DNA of 64,000 nt from an uncultured delta proteobacterium (GTDB lineage: Bacteria > Desulfobacterota > Desulfobaccia > Desulfobaccales > 0-14-0-80-60-11). The translations under genes and the position numbers were made by a program. This document shows, piece after piece, positions 18,556-28,812 of this stretch. The stretch is taken from contig CAWETI010000002.1 in the NCBI GenBank assembly GCA_963812015.1, positions 480,001 through 544,000 on the forward strand, given 5' to 3'. How positions within the stretch are numbered: position 1 is the first letter of the stretch; the number at the start of each line of letters is the position of its first letter. Under the pieces are notes generated by a model. It ran no database searches. It was not told where the DNA came from and saw nothing but the letters and a program-made list of their open reading frames with translations.

Positions 18556-19299
18556 ATGTGTGAACTCTTTGCCATGTCGGCGGGCCAGCACTATACGGCC
18601 CAGGAATACCTGCCGCTTTTTGCCGACAAGGCCCGGGACAACATGAGCGGCTGGGGTATCGGGTTTTTCCGGGAAGGGCAGGTGCACATCGAAAAATCCT
18701 GTGAGGGCATCTACGAGGGCGACATGGTGCACGACAGCTTTCAGCGCCTGGCCCGGGTGATTGGCAGCCGCACCATCATCTCCCATATCCGCTGCCCCAA
18801 GGCCGGCCACCAGGCGGAATCCCAGGCCCAGCCCCTTACCGACTTCTTCCTGGACCATCACTGGCTCTTCAGCTTTACCGGGGAAGCCCGGGGAAGCCAC
18901 GGCTACGAGAGTCCCCGCCCCCTGATGCGGGAGCGGCTCCTGGCCGCCCGGGTCTTCGAGTTCATCCGGGACGGGATGGAAACCCACCAGGCGGCCTGGC
19001 CGGGACTGGGTCTCTACCAGGGCCTGGCGGTGGCCTGCAAGGATCTCATCAGCCGCTACCCCGGCGAATATGCGTTTTTCCTGGCCAATGAGACGGTGCT
19101 CTTCGCCTTTCTCAACCACGGGCAAGTCCTCACCTTTCGCCCGCCGGAGGCCCGGGGGGAATCACTGCTGCTGACCACAGTGTCCGGCGGCCTGACCCGA
19201 GACCCGGACCATTGGTTCGCCTACCCCAATAAAGACCCGAAGCGCGGCCAGGTCCTCATCATTTCCGGGGCCGATCTCCTCCACCTGGGGCATATCTAA
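18556..19299 (+). CDS. class II glutamine amidotransferase-like protein (YafJ/EgtC-like), divergent paralog
   Basis: N-terminal MCELF, GWGIGFF, SHIR; lacks HNG. Confidence 0.75.
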   Translation: MCELFAMSAGQHYTAQEYLPLFADKARDNMSGWGIGFFREGQVHIEKSCEGIYEGDMVHDSFQRLARVIGSRTIISHIRCPKAGHQAESQAQPLTDFFLDHHWLFSFTGEARGSHGYESPRPLMRERLLAARVFEFIRDGMETHQAAWPGLGLYQGLAVACKDLISRYPGEYAFFLANETVLFAFLNHGQVLTFRPPEARGESLLLTTVSGGLTRDPDHWFAYPNKDPKRGQVLIISGADLLHLGHI

Positions 19300-20045
19300 T
19301 GTGCGATCTTTTCGCCCTGTCAGCCTCACACCATCACATTGCCTCCACTTCCCTGCCGCTGTTCGCGGTCCGGGGGCGGCAAAACGTGCATGGCTGGGGG
19401 ATCGGGTTTTTCCGCCACCGCACTCCGGTGGTGGAGAAATCCGGGGACCAGGTTTTCGCCGACGGCCGACTCCACGTCTCTTTCCAGCGGCTGGCCCGGG
19501 TGGTGAACAGCCCCATCATCCTGGCCCACATCCGTTACAAATCCAGCGGCGAGGTGGACGAGTGCCACGCCCACCCCTTTGTGCTGGATTTTTGGGACCA
19601 AGCCTGGATCTTCGCCCATAACGGCAAGGCCCCGATCATCGAGCCCTATGTCAGCCCCAACACCCCGCTCCTGGAGGCGGCCAGCGACTCGGCCCGGACC
19701 TTCGAATTCTTGCGGGATTATTTTTGGGAGGCCGAACCCCGGCGCCCCCACACCCCCTTCGGAGTTATCCTCAAAGAGGCCCTGGTTCTCCTGCTCAAGA
19801 ACTATCCCGGCGGCTACAATTTTCTCCTCACCAACGGCCGGGTGATCTGGGCTTTCACCAACCACCGGCAATTCATGATGCTCAAGGGCAGTGAGAAGCT
19901 GGAAGACGCTTTGCTCCTCACCACCATCGAGGAGGGCCTCAGCTCGGAAAACTGGCAGAGGCTGGCAGCCGGGGAGGGTAGTTTGGGCCGGCTGCTGCTC
20001 ATTGCCGGGGGCGATCTGATCCTGTCGGAAGACCTGCGCCCCTGA
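19299..20045 (+). CDS. class II glutamine amidotransferase (YafJ/EgtC-like)
   Basis: MCDLF, HGWGIGF, AHIRY, HPF, WIFAHNG, SDS. Confidence 0.85.
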   Translation: MCDLFALSASHHHIASTSLPLFAVRGRQNVHGWGIGFFRHRTPVVEKSGDQVFADGRLHVSFQRLARVVNSPIILAHIRYKSSGEVDECHAHPFVLDFWDQAWIFAHNGKAPIIEPYVSPNTPLLEAASDSARTFEFLRDYFWEAEPRRPHTPFGVILKEALVLLLKNYPGGYNFLLTNGRVIWAFTNHRQFMMLKGSEKLEDALLLTTIEEGLSSENWQRLAAGEGSLGRLLLIAGGDLILSEDLRP

Positions 20046-20260
20046 AGCATCAGGGGTTGACCTGCCCCGCCTGACGCGTGCCATCCCCGGGCCTTGCCAA
20101 GAATTTGCAAAAAAAAATTAATATATTGAAAGGGATGTCCGTCTAATATAGTGTAAATGGCGATCCCCGGAATTGATGTCCCCGGCTTGAGCCCCCTGAG
20201 CCCGGAGGGAGGCAAAAGCCCGGCAGGTTGGCAGAGGGCAGGGTGGGAAGGTGATTGGCC

Positions 20261-20439
20261 TCGCTAAGGTTGCCTCAGCCCCGGCCAGCCGCGCTAGTCG
20301 GTGGCGGCCAGGAGCGGACCGATGAGGCTGCTGCAGGCGCAGATCGGTTGGCCACCAGCCCCCCAGCCAGAATGAGGGGAAAACCTGGGGACTCGGATTT
20401 GCTCAGGAGGTGCCGGATTTTTGGGAGCAACCTAAGCGA
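20261..20439. ncRNA. candidate ~180-nt rod-shaped structured RNA
   Basis: TCGCTAAGGTTGC pairs with GCAACCTAAGCGA; inner stems GGCCA/TGGCC, ACCGAT/ATCGGT, CTGC/GCAG. Confidence 0.3.
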
Positions 20440-20521
20440 CGTGCGGTTTTATGACAGTTAGACAAGGCCGTCTCCGGCCTCTTTGCAGTGTGAACCTCGT
20501 TATTCATGAAGGAGCAGGTAA

Positions 20522-22297
20522 ATGATATCAAGACAACGGCCTTGGGGGTTCATGGTCGTCCTGGCCCTGATGTTCGCCTTGGGTCTAAGTGCCGGATTCG
20601 CCGGCACCGCCAAAGCTGCGTCGGAAGATGTGGCCATGTTTTACGACGACCTATCCCAATACGGGCAATGGGTAGAATATGACAAGTATGGGCCGGTCTG
20701 GCGTCCCAATCAGGTGGCCGAGGACTGGCGGCCCTATACCAACGGCCGCTGGGTGCCCACCAACGATGGCAATGTCTTCGAGAGCGACGAACCGTGGGGC
20801 TGGGCCACCTACCACTACGGCAACTGGATGCCCACCGAGGGCAACGGCTGGGTCTGGGTGCCGGGGAGCACCTGGTACCCCTCCACCGTGGAGTGGCGCA
20901 CCAGTGCGGAAAGCGAGCCGGTGGACAACTCGTATGTCGGCTGGGCCCCCACCCCGCCCCCGGACTATGTGCCGCCTCCATCTTATGCACCGCCGTCCTA
21001 TTCCCAGGGCGCCCCGGTTACAGATTCGCTGAGCGAGCCCCTGTGGACTTTTGTCAAGGCGGCCAGCTTCCTGTTGGGCTTTGGGCAGCCCTATACGCCG
21101 GCCTATTCTTACATGGCTTACCCGGTCTTCATGCCCCCGGCCTATGTACCGGTGTTCTTTTCCCGGACGGTGTTTGTCCCGGCTTACGCCTCCCCTACCT
21201 ATTACCCGCCGGGTTTTTTCCACGGTCGGCGATTCGGCGCCGGCTACTATAATATGGGTCCTTCGGCAACGTACATCTCCCGGGTCACCAACATCAACCG
21301 GACGATCATCAACCGGACCATCATCAACAATTCAAACCGTTTCGCCACGATCCGCAATGTCATGCCCCCGGACCGGGTAATGACCCGGGATGGTTATATC
21401 AAGAAGATCATGCCCCCGGCCTTGGTCCAAGGCCACCGCCTGCCGCCGCCTAACCCGGTGAAAGATTTTCGAATGGCTCAGGGAAACCTGAATAAGCCCA
21501 ATATGGTGCCACCGCCCCAAAATATGCCCCGGATTACCGCCCAGATCCCCCGGGTCCAACCCGCGGCGCTGCAACCGGGCCGGGGTCTGCCGGGCATGGC
21601 CTTGCCCGCCCGGGCCACCATGCCTCTGACCCCCCAAATGACGCAGCAGATTCAGAACCTGCCCCCCAGGCAGCAGGTTGGCCCGGGCAAGGGCTCACCC
21701 TTAACCCCGGGGGCGGGCCAAACCGGACCGGCCCAGGGGCAACCTGGAGTTCAGACTCAGCCCGGCGGCCCTCAAACCGGACCGGTCAAGCGGGGGGAAT
21801 TTCATCCGGGAACCAGCCCCTCAGGCGCCACTCCCGCCGGGACCGGGACCACACCGGGCCCTGCTGGGGGCGCCAAGACCGGCACCGTACCCCTGCCCCC
21901 CGGCTACAAGGGACTGACGCCGGAGCAACGGCGACAGCAGGAAATCGAACACCAGAAGCTGCAGCACGGCGGCGCCCAGGGCCAGCCCCAAACCCAGCAG
22001 CAGCAGCTCCAGAAGCAGCAGGAGCTTCAACAGCAGCAACACCAAAAGCAGTTGCAGCAGCAAAAACTACAACAACAGCAGCAACAGCAGATGCGGCAGA
22101 AGCAGCTGGAGCAGCAACAAAAGATAAAGCAACAGCAGCTTCAACAGCAGCAACGCCAAAAGCAGCTGCAAAGCCAGCAACAACAGCAGCAGCAGCGTCA
22201 AAGACAGCAACAGATTCAGCAGCAGCGTCAAAAGGCGCCGCCACAGCAGCATCAGCAGCCAAAAAAGGAAGAACCGAAGAAGAAGCCGCCGCAATAA
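20522..22297 (+). CDS. secreted DUF6600-like protein with Pro- and Gln-rich C-terminus
   Basis: signal peptide; FYDDLSQYGQW, WRPYTNGRW, WGWATYHYGNW, GWVWVPG; poly-Q tail. Confidence 0.8.
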   Translation: MISRQRPWGFMVVLALMFALGLSAGFAGTAKAASEDVAMFYDDLSQYGQWVEYDKYGPVWRPNQVAEDWRPYTNGRWVPTNDGNVFESDEPWGWATYHYGNWMPTEGNGWVWVPGSTWYPSTVEWRTSAESEPVDNSYVGWAPTPPPDYVPPPSYAPPSYSQGAPVTDSLSEPLWTFVKAASFLLGFGQPYTPAYSYMAYPVFMPPAYVPVFFSRTVFVPAYASPTYYPPGFFHGRRFGAGYYNMGPSATYISRVTNINRTIINRTIINNSNRFATIRNVMPPDRVMTRDGYIKKIMPPALVQGHRLPPPNPVKDFRMAQGNLNKPNMVPPPQNMPRITAQIPRVQPAALQPGRGLPGMALPARATMPLTPQMTQQIQNLPPRQQVGPGKGSPLTPGAGQTGPAQGQPGVQTQPGGPQTGPVKRGEFHPGTSPSGATPAGTGTTPGPAGGAKTGTVPLPPGYKGLTPEQRRQQEIEHQKLQHGGAQGQPQTQQQQLQKQQELQQQQHQKQLQQQKLQQQQQQQMRQKQLEQQQKIKQQQLQQQQRQKQLQSQQQQQQQRQRQQQIQQQRQKAPPQQHQQPKKEEPKKKPPQ

Positions 22298-22401
22298 CCA
22301 TAATCACCGCGACGCGATCCAACGTCAAATAACTCCAGGTCCCGCCCCTTTCGGGACGGGGCCTGGGCTGCATCGCGCCCCTTAAAAGGGCGGCCGCCTA
22401 A

Positions 22402-23739
<1,338 letters not shown>

Positions 23740-24065
23740 GAAGCCCGGTCTTGGGGGAGGAGCAGGCCCGCGGGCCGCTCCTCCGGGCCATTTTCTGAAC
23801 AGCGCCACCCCGCTTCACTGGAAACCGGGGTGGTTGCGCCGGGATTCTTAATAAAGGATCGGGACCCAAAAACTTTTTTGCTTAATCCGTGCCATTACTT
23901 TTATTAACCGCAGGCGCAACAGTAATAAAAATTCCTCTGTTATTGACTGGAAGCCTTTTATTATAAAGGATTGCCAGTATTTTTTATTTTTGACATTTTG
24001 CTGCGGCAGTGTTATCGTGGACCAATTTTCAGGATAATCCAAGCCTGCATCAAAAGGGGGAGGAA

Positions 24066-24647
24066 ATGGTGCGGCGCATATTGGGCACTAGCCTGATGGC
24101 CATGGTATTGGCGGCGTTCGTCTTGCTGCCGGGATTGGTGCAGGGAGCGGAATTCGACGTCAGCAAGTTCGACCAGGAAGTGGGGTTGCGCTTCGCCTAC
24201 GGGAAAAACACCAAGACGGCCTCCGTCCACCTCTACAGCTTGCTGCCCCGCTGGGGCATCTTCTTCTTGCCCCCGGGCCAAAAATTGGGCCCCTTCGGGG
24301 CTGAGTTCGTGGTGGAAGGCATCGCCAGCATTGCCGGAGCCGATCAGACGGGCTTCGAAATGGGGATCACGCCCCTCCTGAAGCTCAGCTGTCTGGTCTT
24401 TCCCTCGGTCCTGGCCTATATCGAGGGGGGCGCCGGGCTCATCAGCGAAAGCATTGACAGCCCGGCCATCGCCCATGCCTTTAACTTCACCCCCCAGGTG
24501 GGGGTCGGCTTCGACATCGCCCTGACCACCCAAGTGGCCCTGTCGGTGGCGTATCGCTTCCGACATTCTTCCAATGCCGGCATCTATAATGAAAACCCCG
24601 CCTTTAACGTCCATTTTTTTCAGAGCGGCCTGGCTTACTACTATTAG
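24066..24647 (+). CDS. outer-membrane acyloxyacyl hydrolase / PagL-like lipid A deacylase
   Basis: signal peptide, FNFTPQVGVG, YRFRHSSNAG (HxSN), aromatic C-terminus. Confidence 0.8.
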   Translation: MVRRILGTSLMAMVLAAFVLLPGLVQGAEFDVSKFDQEVGLRFAYGKNTKTASVHLYSLLPRWGIFFLPPGQKLGPFGAEFVVEGIASIAGADQTGFEMGITPLLKLSCLVFPSVLAYIEGGAGLISESIDSPAIAHAFNFTPQVGVGFDIALTTQVALSVAYRFRHSSNAGIYNENPAFNVHFFQSGLAYYY

Positions 24648-25076
24648 GCCCACGATGACCGGATGACGCGGCGCCGAACCTCCGGGGCCGGCGCGGCGTC
24701 GCCTGCCCGGGGACATACCTACCACCCGGCCTGCACCTCACGGAGCCGTGGTGGTTCCGTTACTCTTTTCCCGCCCGCCTTTCCAAAGTTAAATCTCTGT
24801 AGCGCCACCCCTTAATCGCCACCCAAAGCGGTTTCACCATTGGGTCGGGCCGAGCCGGACCACACGGCGCGATGCGCCAGCTCCGGCTGGATAGCAGGCA
24901 GCTCAAACCGCATGATCAGGGCTGCCGGGTCTCGCCGTGTCAGGAGGGGCCGCCATCCGGCCGCAGGAACCGGATTGGGTCCCGGGAGCATTGACTTCTG
25001 CCTGGAACGTCTTCCGCCTTGTCCCTGGTTTCCGTCCCGGAAAACCCGCCGGACACCGGGCCACGCCACATTGCCC

Positions 25077-25106
25077 TTGACATTTCAGTAATAACTATTA
25101 ACTAAT
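25077..25106 (+). promoter_or_regulatory. promoter with AT-rich Per/Fur-box-like operator
   Basis: TTGACA followed by near-palindromic AGTAATAACTATTAACT just upstream of a Fur-family gene. Confidence 0.45.
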
Positions 25107-25114
25107 AACCATAT

Positions 25115-25546
25115 ATGGAAGATCTCATCCATCAATTGCGGGACCGCGGGATTGCGGTGACCCCGCAACGCCTGGCGGTGATGGCCGTTTTGCAGAAGCG
25201 GCGGGACCATCCCAGCGCCGAGCACATCTATCAAGAGGTGCGGCGGCAGCTTCCGGCCATTTCCTTTAACACCGTGTACAAGGCCCTTGAAATCCTCTGC
25301 CAGAAAGGCATGGCGATCAAGGTCAACCCCTTGCACGAAGTGGCCCGTTATGACGGCGCCACGGGGTGCCATGCCCACATCATCTGCCGGCAGTGCCACC
25401 ATATCATCGACCTGGACTGGGAGCCTTCGGCGGTTCCGCCCTTAGCGCCGGAGGACCTCCAGGGTTTCCAGATTGACCATTCCTCCCTGACCTTCTGGGG
25501 CCTCTGCCCCCGATGTCAGCCAGGAGAGTCCCGCCGGGAGGCCTAG
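25115..25546 (+). CDS. Fur family regulator, PerR-like
   Basis: TPQRLAV, HPSAE, TVYKAL, HAHIICRQC, CPRC. Confidence 0.88.
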   Translation: MEDLIHQLRDRGIAVTPQRLAVMAVLQKRRDHPSAEHIYQEVRRQLPAISFNTVYKALEILCQKGMAIKVNPLHEVARYDGATGCHAHIICRQCHHIIDLDWEPSAVPPLAPEDLQGFQIDHSSLTFWGLCPRCQPGESRREA

Positions 25547-25547
25547 C

Positions 25548-25652
25548 GTGGCCGCGGAAGCAGGACAGGTGCATCGCTGTACTATCTGCGGAAGCCGGGT
25601 GAAGGTAGTGGAGGCCGGGGGCGGCGTGCTGGTCTGCTGCGGCGCGCCCTGA
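25548..25652 (+). CDS. desulforedoxin-like FeS4 mini-protein (34 aa)
   Basis: (V)AAEAGQVHRCTICGSRVKVVEAGGGVLVCCGAP; CxxC...CCG motif; GGGAGG RBS. Confidence 0.7.
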   Translation: MAAEAGQVHRCTICGSRVKVVEAGGGVLVCCGAP

Positions 25653-25797
25653 AGTTGCAAAGTGCCCACTAGGCTGAAGACGGCGGCATGGACAAGGGCC
25701 TTGCCAGTCTCAAGGCGGCTCTTGCCGGAGAGTCCTAACCCAATCGCACCTATCTGGCTTGCGCGGCCTCAGTCCCCAATCTCACCTTTCAGCACCC

Positions 25798-26547
25798 TTA
25801 CCCGGGAGTGGCGCCATTGCCAGGGTCAGCCCCCTGGGACTGCAAGACCTCCAGGGCCCGGCGGGCGGCCACTTGGGCCGCCTGTTTTTTGGTGGGGCCT
25901 TCCCCCTGGGCCAGAGGGGCTTCTTTGAGGCGAACCTCGACCTGGAAATGCCGGGCGTGTCCGGGCCCGCTTTCGGCCAAGAGATGATACGAGGGGGAGG
26001 CCTTGTAGCGGGCCTGGGTGAGTTCCTGCAGTGAGGTCTTATAATCCTGCCAGGGCAGGGCCGTCTCCATCAGGGGGCTGAACCAGCGTTCCGTCAGGTT
26101 CGCCGCCGCCTCCAGGCCCCCGTCCAGATAGACCGCCGCCAGCACCGCCTCCAGGGCATCAGCCAGGAGTGACGGCTTCTCCCGGCCTTCCTGCCGTTCT
26201 TCTCCCCGCCCCAGCCAGAGGTGGGCCCCCAGACCCAGGCGCCGGGCTAGCCCGGCCAGCTGCCTGGCATTCACCAGGGCGGCCCGTCCCCGGGACAGAT
26301 CCCCCTCGGAATTTCCGGGAAACCGCGCCAGTAAAAGCGTGCTCACGGTGAGGGCCAGGACCGCGTCTCCCAAAAACTCCAGTTGTTCATTGCTGGGGCC
26401 GCTCGCCGGATTTTCATGGGCATACGAACTATGCCGCAAGGCCTGGTCCAGCAACTCCAGGTCCTCGAACCGGTGCCCCAGGCGCTGCTCCAGGCTTTCC
26501 AGTTCTTGCCTTCTCTCCGGGGCCAGGCCGGCTTTCCCCGGGGTCAT
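25798..26547 (-). CDS. rnc: ribonuclease III
   Basis: NEQLEFLGDAVL, LADALEA, dsRBD DYKTSLQE. Confidence 0.96.
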   Translation of the reverse strand: MTPGKAGLAPERRQELESLEQRLGHRFEDLELLDQALRHSSYAHENPASGPSNEQLEFLGDAVLALTVSTLLLARFPGNSEGDLSRGRAALVNARQLAGLARRLGLGAHLWLGRGEERQEGREKPSLLADALEAVLAAVYLDGGLEAAANLTERWFSPLMETALPWQDYKTSLQELTQARYKASPSYHLLAESGPGHARHFQVEVRLKEAPLAQGEGPTKKQAAQVAARRALEVLQSQGADPGNGATPG

Positions 26548-26778
26548 CAGCTCCTCACCTCGAAACCAGCTGAAACATTCACGAAAATTCTCAAATGGTT
26601 CAATTCGATGCCATATTCTTGGCAGAAATAAGGAATTTCGGTAGACAAAATAAGGAAAACCCTAATTGCCGGGAACCGCAAGAGACGGTAGCTTATCAAT
26701 AATCTCACCGGGTTCAGTTTGCTGCGGCTGACGACCTCAAGGCGGGTGGGGTGAAATTTCGGTGGGAAAGGAGATATC

Positions 26779-27579
26779 ATGGAGGCCCTCATTCAGGTGC
26801 TGGAGTCCACGATGGCGACCCGGGACCCATATACGGTTGGCCATCAGCGGCGGGTAAGCCAGATAGCCTGTAACATCGGCAGGGAGATGAGACTGTCCGA
26901 GGACCGCCTCCGTGATCTGCGGATGGCCGGCATGCTTCACGACCTGGGCAAGATCGCCATCCCCACTGAACTGCTTTCCAAGTCAGGGAAACTCACTCCC
27001 CTGGAGTTCGCCCTGATTAAAACCCATCCCCAGGTGGCCTTCAACATCCTGGAACCCATCACCCTGCCGGGCCACACTGCCATGATTATTCTGCAACATC
27101 ACGAACGGGTGAATGGCTCCGGCTATCCCCAGGGTCTAAAAGGGGATGAAATCCTTCTGGAAGCCAGGATACTGGGCGTGGCCGATGTGATGGAGTCCAT
27201 GTGCTCCCATCGTCCTTACCGCGCCTCCCTGGGCCTGGCGGAAACCCTGGATGAACTTGCCCGGAACAAAGGGATTCTCTATGATGCAGCCGTCGTGGAG
27301 ACCTGCCTGGAACTCTATGGGCAAGATCTGCCGGCCTTGAGCGCCGGGACCTCGGTCAGATCCCCCATGTCGGTCAGCCCATTACGACTTCTGGTTCCCT
27401 TGGGAGACTTAGCCCAAGCTCAGGGCAAATTTATCCACGTGAGCCCTTTGCATCAGAAAAGCGGATTCAAACCGGGCGGTTGGGCCAAGTGGCTCGCCAA
27501 GGGGCATCGCGCCTGGGTGCACCTGGGCACGGCCTCCTTGGTGGGGTTTTTGATCATGTCATCTTTCAGAGGCTACTAG
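26779..27579 (+). CDS. HD-GYP domain protein (cyclic dinucleotide phosphodiesterase family)
   Basis: RDPYTVGHQRRV, LHDLGK, HHERVNGSGYPQGL, HRPYR. Confidence 0.9.
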   Translation: MEALIQVLESTMATRDPYTVGHQRRVSQIACNIGREMRLSEDRLRDLRMAGMLHDLGKIAIPTELLSKSGKLTPLEFALIKTHPQVAFNILEPITLPGHTAMIILQHHERVNGSGYPQGLKGDEILLEARILGVADVMESMCSHRPYRASLGLAETLDELARNKGILYDAAVVETCLELYGQDLPALSAGTSVRSPMSVSPLRLLVPLGDLAQAQGKFIHVSPLHQKSGFKPGGWAKWLAKGHRAWVHLGTASLVGFLIMSSFRGY

Positions 27580-27764
27580 GTCCAAGATCAGCTTAAACCA
27601 AAGCCCCGTCGATCTATGCCCCATCCGGCCAACCGTCAGGGTGCGCCGACCCTTCCTCGCCAAAATTCGCCGGTGCATAGCAGGAGGCCGATAATTCCTG
27701 TTTTTAGCGGAGCGGCCCACTGCGGGACGCCGGTTAGGCGCCATCGTGGTATAAGTCTGCCTGG

Positions 27765-28070
27765 CTAGTCTGAGCCCTGGTCGGTAAGGAGCGGCACCAC
27801 CGGTTCGGCCAGGATCTTATGGCTGATGCCCCGTCCCAGGGCTACCCGGCCGCCGTTGACCCCCACGATAATGAGGCCGCGATTATTCTGCAAAACTTCC
27901 ACTTCCCGGCCCAGGTTGAGGCCCATGGCCAGCAACCGGGCCCGCAACATGCGGCCGCCGCGATGCCCGGTAATTATCACCCGCTGGCCGGCCGGCATTT
28001 CCGCCAGGAAGTGTTCTCCGGGTCCGACCGCATCCACCATGACCTTGAGGTCCTTTGGAAAGTCAGTCAT
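27765..28070 (-). CDS. feoA: FeoA family protein
   Basis: RLLAMGL, GREVEV, RVALGRGISHKI. Confidence 0.85.
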   Translation of the reverse strand: MTDFPKDLKVMVDAVGPGEHFLAEMPAGQRVIITGHRGGRMLRARLLAMGLNLGREVEVLQNNRGLIIVGVNGGRVALGRGISHKILAEPVVPLLTDQGSD

Positions 28071-28071
28071 G

Positions 28072-28509
28072 TTACTCCGCCTCCTGGCAGGTGGCGCACA
28101 GCCCTTGCACCTGTAACTGGTGGCCTTTAATGCGGTAGCCGTATTCTTGGGCTAGGTGTTCCTCCAGAAACCCCAACCTCGGCTCCTCGAACTCCAGGAT
28201 CTCGCCGCAGCCCAGGCACCGCAAGTGGCTGTGGTGGGCGTGGCCGTAAATGTGCTCGTAGTGCCAGTGGCCGTCGCTGAAATCCACCTCCCGGACCAGG
28301 CCGCAGTCAATGAACAACGGCAGGGCGCGGTAAATGGAGGCCTTGGACACCTTGGAGCCCGTGTCCCTGAGTCTAAAGTGGAGTTCGTCCACGTCAAAAT
28401 GCCCATGAATCTCAAAAATTTTTTGCAATATCTGTTCCCGTTCCGGGGTGCGCCTCAGACTCCGCTGGCGGATATAATCCCGGAAAACCTGGATTTCCGA
28501 TTTCATCAT
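28072..28509 (-). CDS. fur: Fur family transcriptional regulator
   Basis: TPEREQIL, SKASIYR, HHSHLRCLGCG, CATC. Confidence 0.85.
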   Translation of the reverse strand: MMKSEIQVFRDYIRQRSLRRTPEREQILQKIFEIHGHFDVDELHFRLRDTGSKVSKASIYRALPLFIDCGLVREVDFSDGHWHYEHIYGHAHHSHLRCLGCGEILEFEEPRLGFLEEHLAQEYGYRIKGHQLQVQGLCATCQEAE

Positions 28510-28533
28510 CAAGCTCGGATTGGTCAGTTACAT

Positions 28534-28556
28534 TTATTGAGAATGAATATCAATAA
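28534..28556. promoter_or_regulatory. Fur box upstream of fur-feoA
   Basis: TTATTGAGAATGAATATCAATAA, an imperfect palindrome resembling the Fur consensus. Confidence 0.65.
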
Positions 28557-28812
28557 TATCTTATTTCTGGCAGAAGTCAAGTAAATTCTCAGATTCCTGG
28601 GCACCTTAACCAAGAACTAACTTGGGTGGCGGCCCCGGGCCGACCAAATGTCCCTTAAGGCGGCGGCGGATTCCCATTGACGGGCTGAGGCCGCCCGGTT
28701 TATGATGAAAATTTAAATGAGGTGCCAGCTGGCTTTCACCTGCCCCTCTTGAGAAAAGGGCGGGGTCCGGTGAGTGCCTTGATCAGGATAAGCAGCCCTC
28801 CGGTTCGGCGGC

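Noticed and set aside
21960..22270. CAG/CAA repeats as a CRISPR or DNA repeat array
   Set aside because: In-frame poly-Gln coding sequence with no repeat-spacer structure; no CRISPR array or cas gene seen in the window.
24700..25070. Possible gene or RNA in the gap before the PerR-like gene
   Set aside because: ORFs on both strands lack recognisable features and no consistent structure was seen.
25650..25652. Selenocysteine readthrough in the desulforedoxin-like ORF
   Set aside because: All four Cys ligands precede the TGA and the in-frame continuation is not family-like.
26648..26700. c-di-GMP-I riboswitch-like GGAAAACCC...GGGAACCGCAAG upstream of the HD-GYP gene
   Set aside because: Deviates from GGCAAA...GACGCAAAG and lacks the GNRA loop and second stem; would need a covariance-model hit.
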